A stretch of DNA of 64,000 bases from Selaginella moellendorffii (taxonomy: Eukaryota > Plantae > Lycopodiophyta): the NCBI RefSeq assembly GCF_000143415.4, contig NW_003314284.1, positions 850,693-914,692 of the forward strand, read 5' to 3'. Of the stretch, positions 11,277 to 31,296 are shown piece after piece. The notes beneath the pieces were generated by a model. The model worked only from the letters and a program-made list of their open reading frames with translations. It ran no database searches and was not told the DNA's origin. Position numbers and translations under genes: made by a program. Every line of letters starts with the position of its first letter. The stretch's first letter is position 1.

Positions 11277-11598
11277 TGTTAGGAATCCCCCAATTCTTGC
11301 CACATTCTTGACTCTCGAGATACTTCCCTATTCCTGACTTTCTAATTTCCTATACGATTCCTGAGTCTTGAGCCACATTCCTGATGATGATATGGCACCT
11401 CCTCAACCTCAACTATATTTAAGCCGTCCTTGATCCAAGAGTGGTGGAGCTTCATCAACCTATAGTATATATAGGTTAACGTTGTTCCATTTCTCCACAA
11501 TTTGAATCAACGCCAGTTTAAGGTTTTTTCTTCGTTTCCACTAGTTTTTCTCTTTGTCTTCTGCATTTCCAGTCTTGATCTTGTTGGGGGTCTTGACA
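11277..11598 (+). repeat. 5' LTR of the chromovirus
   Basis: TGTTAGGAAT...TCTTGACA with a TATATATA box near 11466. Matches 16420-16767. Confidence 0.95.
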
Positions 11599-11600
11599 GT

Positions 11601-11616
11601 TTGATTCAGATTGTGG
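11601..11616 (+). promoter_or_regulatory. Non-tRNA primer-binding site complementary to the LTR R region (self-priming)
   Basis: TTGATTCAGATTGTGG is the exact reverse complement of 16664-16679 and matches 11495-11510 at 15/16. No TGG-type tRNA PBS is present. Confidence 0.85.
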
Positions 11617-12638
11617 TCTTTTCGTTTTTGTTTTAGCTCGTTTTGATTGTTTGACTGCCTTTGCCTTTTTCCCCCTTTTCATTCTTCTTTGCCGATGGAG
11701 TCTCCAAGCCATCCTGATTTCTTTGCCAAAGTCCTTGCAAAAATCCAGTCTGAGAATACCGAGCTAAAGGTGACCCTTCTTCGCATGTAGCAGGAGCTTT
11801 CTTCACTTTCGGCTCAAGGATCAAGCAAAGTTCCTAAACCAAAGGTGAGTTTCTTGGCGAAATTTTTAGGCAAGCATTTGGAGCTTTGCGGATTCCTGAA
11901 CCAAATGGAGCTGATCTTTGCACTTTAACATCGGCAGTACCCCACTCCTGAGTCTCAAATCGGCGCGATCGGGACATTGCTCGAAGGTGCAACTTTGTCA
12001 TGGTTTTCTCCTCTCTTGGAGAAGAATATGAAAGGGGTCGTGGTTCCGGAGTTGATGGATCTTCAGTTATTCAAAGAGAAGCTCGAAGCATGTTTTGGCG
12101 AGACGGATCGGGCTCGAGCTGCCACAACAAAGATGAGACGTCTCTCTCAGGGGTCTCGTCCTGCCTCGATCTATGCTGCAAAGTTCCAACTCCTTGCTTT
12201 GGACACTTAGTGGGATGAGCGGGCCCTGATTGATCAATTTCGTTTCAGCCTCAACAACAGTGTCAAGGATTTATTACTCACCATGGAGGATCCCATGGAC
12301 CTATCGGACGCCATCAACAAAGCTTTTCAATGCGACAATCATCTCTTTGAACGTCATCAGGAAAGTCGCCGCACCGCCGTTTTCCCGTCCCAGACTCAGG
12401 AATCCCAACTTGAGTCTTCGGGGCATACTCCTGAACCTACTACTCCAGTCCCGATGGATATTTCTGGTACTCCCCAACTCATCAGAGGGAAGTTGAGTCC
12501 TGCTGAGAAGCAATGTCGAATATCTCATAATCTTTACCTCTATTGTGCTGATCCTAATCACAAAGCAGCTGTGTGTCCCAAGAAGCCTCCCCGACTGCTC
12601 GAGTTCACTCTGCCTCAAGGTCCACCTCTATTGCAGTC

Positions 12639-12683
12639 GGGAAACAACCTTGTCCAAATAGAGTAGGAGCCGTTTGTTTAGAC
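12639..12683 (+). promoter_or_regulatory. -1 programmed ribosomal frameshift signal between gag and pol
   Basis: G GGA AAC lies in gag phase and the protease ORF is in the -1 frame. A 6-nt spacer precedes the stem GTCCAAATA / TGTTTAGAC. Confidence 0.75.
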
Positions 12684-15600
12684 TCCCCAAATAAAAATCA
12701 CTTTTCTTCTTTATCAAGCTCCTCACCACCTTTCATCAAAGCCACCACCAATTCCCGCAACTTCTGCATCCCATGTCTCCTTTTTTTCACCGGACAATCA
12801 GGACTTAAGGCTCTGGCGCTATTGGACTCGGGTGCAACTTCCTGCTTCATAGACACGGACTTTGCTGCCTGACATCACATTTGTCTTTCTCCTACTATAC
12901 GGGATCTGAGGGTTGAAGGCATCGGTGGGCATTTTATGTCTCCATCTTCTAGACTTAGGGAAATGTTGCCTGTTCGAGTACAATCGAATCCACTGTCACT
13001 GATATCGCCTTTAACATCATCAATAGCAAGTCCTCTTCTATGGTGCTCGACCTCCTTGGTTCCAACTACACCAACCTCAGATCTGTTGGAGGGAGTTACA
13101 GCTCGTCTCTCCCACGTCACCATCTTCCACGGCTTCCCTTGCTGCTCATCGAGTCCAAATCAGGAAAAGTTCCCTAAACTCAAATTGGGGTTTTGTTCTT
13201 GACTCTATGAAGTTTTCACCCTCTTCTTTTTCCTCTCTTCCATTTGACACTGGACAGTATCCTCATCTCATCATTCCATTTAGTCATATGCCTCCTTCTA
13301 TCTCCACAATCACTATGAAAGAACTCATTCATGAAGAACCTATTTTCCTTTTTGCTTTGCATGTTTCTCCTATCAGTCTTCCTGAGAAGTATCATGATTT
13401 TGAGGATGTGTTTGACAAAAAAAAAGCTAGTGTACTGCCTATTCATCGGCCTTATGACTATCCCATTGATTTACAGGAAGGAGCATCACCTCCGTGGGGG
13501 CCTATCTACGGGTTATCCCCGTCCGAACTTAAAGCCCTCAAAGAGTACGTGGATGAGAACCTTCCCTCGGGGTACATTCAACATTCGCAGTCCCTGGCTG
13601 GAGCGCCTGTCTTCTTTGTCAAGAAGAAGGATGGGAGTTTGCGGCTAGTCATCAACTACCGAGGTTTGAACAAGGTGACTATTTGGAACTGTTATTTGCT
13701 GCCCTTGATCGGACCTATTGGAACGCCTCGGCAGTGCCCGCTTCTTCACCAAGATCAACTTCCGTGGAGCATACAACCTGATTCGGATCCGGCTTGGCAA
13801 TGAATAGAAGACTGCATTCCGAACCTGCTATGGCCATTTTGAGTACACTGTCATGCCATTTGGCTTGACAAATGCTCCAGCAGTTTTCCAACACATGGTG
13901 AACGACGTCTTTCGGGAGTTTCTTGATTAGATGGTGATCGTCTACCTCGACGACATCCTCATCTACTCAAAAACTCAGGAGGAGCATGACGAGCATGTGC
14001 GAAAGGTGCTGGCGAAGTTGCAGGAACACGGCCTATACGCGAAGGTTGAGAAATGTTCCTTCGATTAGGAGTCTGTGGAGTTCCTTGGGTACATTGTCAC
14101 TCCTGAGGGTATCACGATGGATCCTGCCAAAGTCAAGACTATTCTCGAATGGGAGCCTCCACAATCAATGTCGGATGTTCAGGTTTTCCTTGGCTTCGCC
14201 AACTTTTACCGCAAATTCATTGATCACTGCTTTGATATTGTCCTTCCTCTCACACATCTCACTCACAAGGATGTTCCCATTTCTTGGTCTTCTGCTGCCT
14301 AGCAGGCCTTCAACACACTCAAAATGGCCTTTAGTTCTGCTCCCGTCTTGATCCATGCTAATCTCTCATAACCTTTCTTCATCGAGGCTGACGCCTTCGA
14401 CTTTGCCATCGGTGCTGTGCTGTCTCAATTCGGAGCGGATAAGGAATTTCATCTGGTTGCTTTCCATTCTTAGAAATTCCAGCTTGCGGAAATCAATTAT
14501 GAAATTCACGACAAGGAGCTCCTTGCCATCGTGGATTCTTTTGGAGAGTGGCGTCGTTTCTTGGAGGGGGCAAGCCATCAAACAACGGTTTGGATGGATC
14601 ACAAAAATCTCGAGTACTTTGCCACTTCTCGAGTTTTGAGTTGTCGTTAGGCAAGGTGGGCACAATTCCTGAGTCGGTTTGACTTTGTTACCAAGTACAG
14701 ACCTAGAAAGCTTCAAGGCCTTCCTGATGCTCTTTCAAGGCACTTCTATCTCAGTCTTAGGCCTGGTAATCCTGCCTTCGATCAACAGGATCAAATTATC
14801 CTCAGTCCTGATCGGCTTCAAGTTATGGCAATTTCCTTGGCCCCTCAGGACTCCTCCTTGATGGATGCCATCAGAAACGATCTTCAATTCGACGACCTCG
14901 CCAGTGACATTTTTCCCCATCTTCAAGCTGGACACCTAGTGACTCCCAACTGCTGGTGATTTGACGAGTTCGAGTTCTTAGATGGCTTGTTGTACCGTGG
15001 AGAGCAGCTTTGCGTTCCTGAAGGTGATGCTCGAAGGTTGGTCCTGATGGCGTGCCACAATAGTCTGACTGCTGGTCACTTCAGCATTGCGAAAACCTAT
15101 GAGCTGGTTGCACGGGACTTTTGGTGGCCTCACATGGATGACTACATCAAAGCTTTTGTTACCTCCTGTGACACTTGCGCCCAGAATAAGGTACCTCGCC
15201 ACCTTCCTTCAGGTTTGCTTCATCCCTTCTCGGTCCCTTCAGGTCCTTGGGAATCCATCTCCATGGATTTCTTGAGTGATCTTCTGAGTTCTAGAGGTTT
15301 CAAAAGCATTTTAGTTGTGATGGATCGCTTCACAAAGATGGCGCACTTCCTGCCATGTACAAAGGGGTTTTCGAGCGAGGACATGGCAAAACTGGTATTT
15401 AGGGAAATTTTCCGACTTTGTGGGATTCCTGCAGATGTGGTTTCGGATCAGGGACCTTAGTTCATCTCTCATTTCTAGCAATGGTTATTGTAGCTACTTG
15501 GAATGAAGGCCAACCTCTTTTCGGCATATCATCCTCAAACTGATGGACAGTCCGAGCGAACGATTCAAACGTTGGAACAATTCCTGAGGTGCTTCATCAA

Positions 15601-16419
15601 CTATCATCAGGATGATTAGTTCGATATCCTTCCCCTTACTGAGTTCTCCTATAATAATTTTGTTCACTCCTCCCTTCGAGTTTCCCCCTTCTTTGTGAAC
15701 TCCGGCCGAAACCCCCAATTCAATCTCTCACTTCCTTCTCCATCCGAATCCTCTCGTTCAAATCCCCGCTCTGAGGCCTTTGTCTCCAACCTCCAGGAAA
15801 TCCACAACTCCATCTCCTTCCACTTCCATCATGCTCAAGAATCTCACAAAACATTTGCCAATGTCCATCGTCAGGATTGTCCCCCTTACAATATCGGGGA
15901 TGAAATCAAGTTTGGGACATGGCCTGGTGGTGAAAATATTTCACCTGAGGAGCTAGACTCTAAATGCCTTGATCCTTTTTCTATCACTGCCATCATTAAT
16001 CCTGTCACTTATCGCCTTGCACTTCCCTCCTCATATCAAATTCACCCTATTTTTCACTCCTCTATCTTTGAGCCTTATATTCCCAATCTTATTCCAAATT
16101 GGGTCATTCCTCTGCCTCCACCAGTGCAGCTCGAGGATGGGTATGAGTACGAGGTTTAGGACATCCTTGATTCCAAGATTTCACGGTCTAAACTCTACTA
16201 TCTGGTAGACTGGAAGGGTTACGGACTTGAGGAATGCACTTGGGAACTTGCGGACAACCTGATTCATTCTCCTGACCTTGTTCAGGACTTCCACTGCCGC
16301 TATCCTTCTTGTCCCAATCCTCATTCTTTTTCTCCATCTCCCATCCCTCACCACCCATCTCATCCTCCTCTTTGTTCTCATTCACGTCCTCGTTCCACTC
16401 GTTCTTGAGGAGGAGGTGC

Positions 16420-16767
16420 TGTCAGGAATCCCCCAATTCTTGCCACATTCTTGACTCTCGCCAGATTCCTGACCTACAGACCACATTCCTAACTCTCAAG
16501 ATACTTTCCTATTCCTGACTTTCTGATTTCCTGAGTCTTGAGCCACATTCTGATGATGATGTGGCGCCTCCTCGACCTCAGCTATATTTAAGCCGTCCTT
16601 GATCCAAGAGTGGTGGAGCTTCATCAACCTATAGTATATATAGGTTAGCCTTGTTCCATTTCTCCACAATCTGAATCAACACCAGTCTAAGGCTTTTTCT
16701 TCGTTTCCACTAGCTTTTCTCTTTGTCTTTTGCATTTCCAATCTTGATCTTGTTGGGGGTCTTGACA
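16420..16767 (+). repeat. 3' LTR of the chromovirus
   Basis: TGTCAGGAAT...TCTTGACA. About 17 substitutions and 3 indels relative to the 5' LTR. Confidence 0.95.
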
Positions 16768-17009
16768 CCCACTAATCTATAGGACTCAATCATTAGTATG
16801 TACAAGTTGAAGGAGGATGATTTGTTATAACTTAAACACAACTATGCACACATTGAATAATATCATATTGCATCTCCAGCCAATAGAAACACTTATATAG
16901 TCATATGCCAATATTCTATATGCCCACAATAGTGCAGTATGATTAGAAAGATGATTAATAAAACAACCAAGATATTATACCTTGCCTAGGAAGTGTTACA
17001 TATCATTAG

Positions 17010-17096
17010 AGTAGGAAAATTTTGAATGGCCACAAATTTGACAGAATTAACTTACAAACCCTCATAAAAAATATGGTATCCAAAATAAATTATATC
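17010..17096 (-). mobile_element. Distal piece of an old Ty3 RT split by the 17097-31296 insertion
   Basis: Minus strand reads DIIYFGYHIFYEGL*VNSVKFVAIQNFPT, continuing KCIFVSKD found at about 31300. Confidence 0.7.
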
Positions 17097-17698
17097 TATA
17101 GCACATGTGGTTTTACCCTTTATCCTATGTTGATTTACCATAGGATAACACCACGAAGTAGAACCTAAACCCTCTATGTGCCACATGTTGCATGCCACAT
17201 GCCACATGCCACATGTTCAAAGGATAGTGGTGTGGAACCTGAAATTCAGGGGCTTGAGCCACTAAATGAAGGAACGGTGCCAAACTCCCAAGCATAGAGC
17301 CAAGAAGCAATAGCACTAGAGCATGGAATGAATCCCAAGGATACAGTCTAAGAAGTGAAGGGATAGGAGCATGGAGCAACTTGGATCAGTCTTAGAGCAA
17401 TTAACATCCTAATGCCAGGACCAGCACGCAAAATAGAGCCAAACGGAGTCTGGCACTATTTCGGCATATCGGTGGCTTAACGTGAGGATATGGGTACTCC
17501 ACTAGCTAGCATGGAATGGAACTTTGGCTTAGACTCAAGCCGGACGCAGAACAAAGACAAACACATAAGCAGAAGCTAAACTATACCTCAGGTTGGTTGG
17601 CCATGCCCAACCTACTCACTATCCTTACTATACATTTGGAATTCACGACACTCTCGCCCCTTAGAGAAGATTAATATCCTCGTCGATGCATACTTGAG

Positions 17699-18633
17699 TG
17701 TCGCGAATGTGACTTCGGGTATCGAAAGATACTTGTCGGCCAGTCCTTATAGACACTCTTTCCTTACTGCCATGACGGCAAGAGGTCGGTACAGTTGGAT
17801 CCCTTTAATAGCCTCTCTTGTGCTAGTGGAGTTAACTGGGCATTTCGAGTGTACTTAGACCGGACAAGCATAAGGACAGAATTCCTACGTGCTATTAACT
17901 AAGCATATTTAGCATGGTAAGGAGTTCTGTCTCGTCATGTTTTGCACTTGCTAGTGACAAGAACCCTCGCATATTAAGATTAGTCCCTCAATATCGCTGG
18001 ATGATAGCTTACCGTGTCTGCCAAACACCCTCGCTATCACGCTCTTTGTGTTGGTCGGTCCCAAATGTTATTTATGGAAAGTGTCTAAATTAGCTCATTT
18101 GGCATAGCTACAGAATGTAAAGATTAGCCCGAACACAATGGTGTTCATCCCGTGTCCAAATTCGCAATCTAGTGCCATTCCATATTTAGTAAATTTTGAG
18201 TTTGTCCTAGAGACTAACTCTTGATACTAAAGGAGGCTTGGGGTGAAAGCCTAAAGCGTGTGTTCGTCAAGGGGGGGGGGGGGGGAGGCTACTATGGGGG
18301 GTTCCAAATGTATAGTAGGGATAGTGGTTGGAATGCATGTTCGACTACCTGAGGTATTAGTTTTTCTCCCACTGGGCTGTGTCGCTCTTTGTTCTGCGTC
18401 TGGCTTGGGTCTAAGCCCAAGCTCCATGCTGCTCTAGTCGGTGGGGTACCCTCCTCCTCGCGTTAGGCCACTGGTATGCCAAAATCATGCCAGACTCCGT
18501 CTGACACCATTTTGCATGTAGGTGCTAGATATGGGGAGCTGGTGCTCGTGCGATTGTACCAGACCCTTGTTTCGTAGTGCAACGGGCTTGGAGTTCGGCT
18601 CCAAATTCAGGTGCGCTACATTTGGTATTAGAG
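17699..18633 (+). mobile_element. Isolated LTR plus PBS of a sister subfamily, inserted antisense into element A
   Basis: TGTCGCGAATGTGAC...GCGCTACA (17699-18620) is followed by TTTGGTATTAGAG. The U3 matches the element A LTR and the 3' end matches 58033-58343. G15 tract at 18271-18285. Confidence 0.85.
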
Positions 18634-21001
18634 ACTCAAGTCTAGACCACTGGCAAGGAAACAACTCTAGAAAAAGTTCATGGTGATCACACTATATGAG
18701 AAATGCATCAACTTAAATCAGTAAGGGTAATCTCTTTGTCTAACGCAAATGCATTACTAACTCAGACACCTTCCGGCCATCGCTGACAAGGAAATGACCA
18801 ATGGAGTTAGTCACCCTTACTGTTCTGGTTGTCACCCCGCTTTCAAAAGTGTGATACACCCTTGCCCGTAGAGACATAGAGAGAAAAGCCAAAGGCCCTA
18901 ACTCTCATGAGCAAAGAAACCAAACCTGTCAGTAAGGTTTAGATAAACTACTGTAAACAAGTAGTTAGAGTTGTTTACATAGTCACGCCTTTTGAACGAA
19001 AGAAGGAACATCAACAATGAAGCGGGTGATATGACTAATCGACAGTAGCAACCTCGAGACTTGAGATTTCACTATGCATACGAAGTGTTGAAGCCAATCT
19101 ACCTATACTGGCCCAAAGTCAAAGATCAAGAGATGGACAATATCAAAGTCATAAACAATAATATCTTAGAGACTTAATTATCAATGAATATATCTTAGAT
19201 TAAAACACAAAAGTATTCCAAGTAAGTTATCATCTGATAAATTAGTATTAGAGTATAGAAACCACCAAGATCATCATAATTGGAAAACATAGAATTTACT
19301 ATCTAAAAAAATTCAATAGCAAGTGTATTATCAAGAAAACTCAATGAGAAAACTTAACTACCAAAAATTATAGAAAGTATGCCGAACAACTTACTAAAGA
19401 TAACTCAAAGAACACAAAGTACTATCGGCTGGCAAGCAAAATGCTTGCAAATGTATCACCTAAAGGAAATAACATCTCAATCTATCAGAACTAACTCAAG
19501 CAATAATCAGCAGAATAGAAAGAATATGGTAAAACTAACAAACACTCATTTATGCCAACTATCATAAAAGTCAATCTAAATAAATCTCGGTTAACAATAT
19601 AAAGGAATTCAAGTTTCTTAAGCAAGTGTTAGCAACATCCTATCGATGTCTCAAACCCAAGAGATTAATCCAGAGCAAACCATAAATAACATGCGGTATT
19701 GCAAGAAAAAGAAAACCATAAGTCATCAAAGAGCATAACTAATTATCATGAAAGAACATCAATCATCCTATCAATGAAGAGATGCATAATCATTATTGAA
19801 GAAAGAATCTACCATCCCGAAGAATGGCAAATTATTCCATACCAACAATAATCAAGCAAAAGCCTTCACAAGGACAATCAACTATCCTAGATGATAATTA
19901 ATCATCACCAATGATTGCCAGATGCAAATACTAACTTCAACATTGAAGTTAACAAGCTAAAATGCCTTCCCTAACAACTTCTAACAAATGGAACAATGAA
20001 CATAAAAACTCAAGAAACCAAAAGCTCGAAGAAGTCTATACCTAAATCTTGCCTAATAATGATTACAAGTCTTGCATAAACTAATTTCAATGCTAAAGAA
20101 GGAATCGTGGCACAATCCATAATATCCTTCTCAACAGATTTATAAAATAAACTTCATAATGCTAAGCTAATGAAGAGCATATTTGCATCAATCCAAAAGC
20201 TAAGCACAATAGAGTTATGCTCAACAAGCGATTACCAAATCAATCCTCCATGAATCCATTTATAACAAAATGTAACTCACTTCATAACAAGCATAAGAAG
20301 AATCATTAATGATTGATATATCCCAACTCAAATTCAATAAAGATTCAAACATTCTCATATCAATCACTAACTCTTCCTTTCGTAAAACTAGCATAGTTCA
20401 TGATTGAATCACTTTTCAAGGAAAATCTAAAGCTCAACCCCTACTAAATAATCTTATCTAGAACACAACTAACTCAAACTTGCCACTCAACTCATTTGAA
20501 CACTAACATAGTTGCAACTAACAAATGCACAAATGCCAATAACACAAAGCCATAGCCAAATCATTAACACTATGTCTATCGAGATTAATGAAACTCAATA
20601 TCAATCCTTGGAGAGACATCTCATTTCACTCAAATCTCAACATCAACAATATTAACGAAAAGGCATCACTTCAATGTCATCAACACTATAACAAAACTAA
20701 AAGAAAGCAAGAGTGAATCACCACTTAAAACTCTTTAACAACTAAGCTAACCAAAGTTGAAGATAGTATCTGAGACCAATTCTTCAGCAAAACTCAGTTA
20801 TAAATAAAACATCATCAAAGAATGATTCACCACATCCAAGACTCAATGAAATCCAACACTACAAACTAAACATAACCAAATAATATTGATAGAGGTAGAG
20901 TTGATATACCAATATGAAAAAACCATGTAAGTTTAACGACATGATCCTTCGCAACACCATTCGGTAAAGCAAACCTATCACTAATAAATCTTCATCGAGC
21001 G

Positions 21002-27565
<6,564 letters not shown>

Positions 27566-30500
27566 AGCAAAGCAAGTGTCAATAGTCTTCAACAAAGTCT
27601 ACAAGCAATCACTAATTGCAAAACAACTAACAATCACTCTTTCAACTTGCCTTCATAAGACCCAACACTAAACTCATGCCATCAAGTCATACTTATCCAA
27701 CATGAATGTAATACCTCAGGTACGAGATAAAGATTCATGGACAAGCATAAACTAAATGACTATTCAATCTAACTCAACTGCAATAAGCTCACCAACTCGT
27801 CTAACTAATAGCTCTGAGCATGCTTTGAAGGGGTTAGCTATGCATAATCAACACTTAATCAAAACTAAAGTGAAGATCATGAGATGAACTCATATTGGTA
27901 CAAAACCTCCTCATAGATAAAGCTATAGTACAGGTATCAACATCTCAACTTTAAACAACTAAGTTGAACATCACTATCCTCAGCCAAAGTGCAGGGCCAC
28001 TAAGACCAAGTCAAGATTAGTGAGAGCTCACTACTCTCATAGAGTTTAACGAAATGCAAAGTGTAACTTACCATTAAGCACAATGCTACAGAAGAAAGGC
28101 ACAAAGGTCACCTTTCTAAAAAAACACAACAATCATTTTTCTACACCAACTCCAGACTCTATCCAACTCAATTGCTTTAACCCCAAAAGTCAATATCCCT
28201 TTCGGGCCACATCATACAAACTACCTATTAAGATCTAAGCCAACCGAAGTCAACTCCAACCCTTTCACTAGTTTGTATTAGCTTATGAAAACAGAAAGGT
28301 TTTCGGGCAAAGTGATCAACAAATCAGCCATTGGAAAAGTCTAAGAAAATTTAAAGAAAAATTTTCCATCCTAAAGAAAGAATAACTTTTAGTCTAGGAA
28401 TACAAATTTTCAAGACTCAACTAACTTCCTCCTACTTACTACTACACATAGGTTCACCTCAACACAAATTCTTATGATCCATCAATATGCTTAAGCATCA
28501 AACATTTTTGCCCATATAACCGACATCCAACACCGACATCTGCAAAACGCAAAGTGAACATTCAAGGCTTGATCACGAAGACCACATCTTCAGATATCCA
28601 CATTACACTAACACTTTTTTTCAACCACCTTCAAGATCTAATATGAAGCCAAAACACTAACAAGAAAAATGATATGGAAAATCAAGCTCTAAAGAAAGTT
28701 CCTCATCACTCAACATAACAATGCCACTTCTACTGACATAAGTGTTAGTAATGTTAATGCCTCAATTACACATCTTTTTCATTCAATAATCTACTCCAAG
28801 TGCAATGGAATTATTGATGACCTATAACAAATAAATGCTACAACCTTTTTCCAACACTTCAATGGGCAAACTTAAAGACTAAGGAACCAACTTAAGTTTA
28901 GCATAATGGATCACTATTGAGAACTTTAGTCAAAATTACTTCAATATTACTATATGTAAGTAGATTAGCTTCATTATCAACCACTTTGGTTGATCATCGT
29001 TCAACTAAGCAACTTCGTAAATATATTGCCCATTATCACATGGATATGATATAAGTATCACAATGACTTGATTATCAATTGAGTAACACCACGAGCAACA
29101 CACATGTCATTACTTCAAAGGTTTATGTAAGCATCAAGTGCCAACTGGATTCAACAAAATGCAACATAAATGCCACACTTCACCAATAGAGATTTACAAC
29201 ACTCAACACCACTAACTTTTGCTCACAACACAGACAAGCTCATGCCACCCTTTATTTGACCAAACTCAAAACTAATCCAACATCAAGCTATTCAAGGAGC
29301 AATAGCAAGGTTCCTTGGAAAAGAATTAAGCATTGCAACCCAAGTCTTCAATAATAAGCCTAGACAAAATGGCATAGCATTTCATCGTTATCCATCCCGC
29401 AATTCACCATTTGTAAGAGCACTATAACTAACATGCATTAAGGTAGGGACTCTTGATTGCATAATGTGAACACAAGCAATGAGTTAACATTTCATTGCAA
29501 ATCATCTCTCCAAGAAGAGAAAATGATTTACATGTTTGATCCTTCGTCCCTGATGACTCTCTTTTCGATCTCATCTTTTGACCAAACCTCAAGTTTGCTT
29601 CCGCACTGCCTTCAGTCCAATCCAAGAAAAGTTTATGAAAGAGTATGGCAATAACTACTTGAACCAATAGATTATTCTCTACAGTCTTGATTGATCCTTT
29701 TGTAATCATGCCTAGGAAGGTTCCACTAGTGTCATGCTAAACAACTACGGACCAGCCTATTTGCCACTCATAGTAAACCCAAGGAGGTTTACTTTTACTC
29801 ATGGTACATAGAACAACTCATGAAAACATCAATAGGCTATCATTAATCCTGCCAACTCAAAGGGTAACTTTGAGTTGCTAATGTGCCTCACTCACGAGCC
29901 CAAGCACAAACTTATGCGAAACGGAATATTTCAATCCATCTTATGAGCCCAAGAGCAAACTCATATAATATGGTACAAAAAGGTAACCAAATCCATACCC
30001 AAGGAATGATTGCGAAGCCTTTGCACCTAAATATATACCACTCGGATCATTGTTTTCATCTCTACGTATGCAATGAGACTAGTTGCCTAATCTTATTGGA
30101 TAGTACTCGCTGAGACTCATTCTCTGATACCAAATGTAGCGCATGTGGTTTTTACTCTTTATCTTATGGTGATTTAACATAGGATAACACTACAAAGTGG
30201 AACCTAAACCCTCCATATGCCATGTGTCACATGTCATATGCCATGTGCCACATGCCACATGTCCAAAGGACAATGGTGTGAAACCTGAGATTCAGGGCCT
30301 TGGGCCACTGAATGAAGGAACAGTGCCAAACTCCCAAACATGGAGCCAAGGAGTGATGGCACTAAAGCACGGAATGACTCCCAAGCATATAGTCCAAAGA
30401 GTGAAGGGATAGGAGCACAGAGCAACTTAGATCAATCCTAGAGCAACCAACATCCCAAGTATACAAAATAGAGCCAAATGGAGTCTGGTGTTATTTTGGC

Positions 30501-31296
30501 ATACTGGTGGCCTAACGTGAGGATATGGGTACTCCACCAGCTAGCATGGAATGGAACTTGGGCTTAGACCCAAATTGGACACAGAACAAGGACAAACACG
30601 CAAGCAAGAGCTCGACTATACCTTAGGTTGGTTAACCATGCCTGACCTACTCACTATCCCTACTATACATTTGGAACCCCCCATAGCGCCCGTTCCCCCC
30701 CCCCCCCTACCCCCCTGCCCTAAGGAACACATGCTTTGGGCTTTCACCCCAAGCCTCCTTTAATATCAAGAGTTAGTCTTTGGGATAAGCTTGAAACTTA
30801 CTAAATATAGAATGTCCCTAGATTGCAAATTTGGACATGGGATGAACACCATTGTGTTTAGGACAATCTCTACATTCCATAAATATGCTAAATGAGCGAA
30901 TCTAAACACTTTCCATAAATAGCATTTGGGACCGAAATGAGACTAACATAAAGGGCATGATGGTGAGGGTGTTTGGCAAACACGGTAAACTATCATCCAG
31001 TGATATTGAGGGACTAATCTCACTACATGAGGGTTTTTGTCACTAACTAGTGCAAGACACAACAAGACAGGAACTCCTTACCGGGCTAAGTATATTTAGC
31101 TAATAACATATAGGAATTCTATCCTTATGCTCATCCGGTCTAAGTACACTCGAAATGCCCAATTAACTCCACTAGCACAAAAGAGACTGATAAAGGGTCT
31201 AGCAATACCAACCTTTTGCCATCATGGCAGTAAGGAAAGAATATTCAAAAGACAACTGACAGATAACTTTCGATACCCGAAGTCACATTCGTGACA

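Larger units (their letters stand above)
11277..16767 (+). mobile_element. Full-length, inactivated Ty3/gypsy chromovirus (Tcn1/Tf1-sushi-like): LTR-gag-PR-RT-RH-INT-chromodomain-LTR
   Basis: TG..CA LTRs, perfect TSD CCCAC (11272-11276 and 16768-16772) and PPT GAGGAGGAGG. Domains: gag with a degenerate zinc knuckle, LLDSGAT protease, YLDDILI RT, EADA RNase H, HHCC/DDE integrase and YLVDWKGY chromodomain. Many in-frame stops. Confidence 0.95.
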
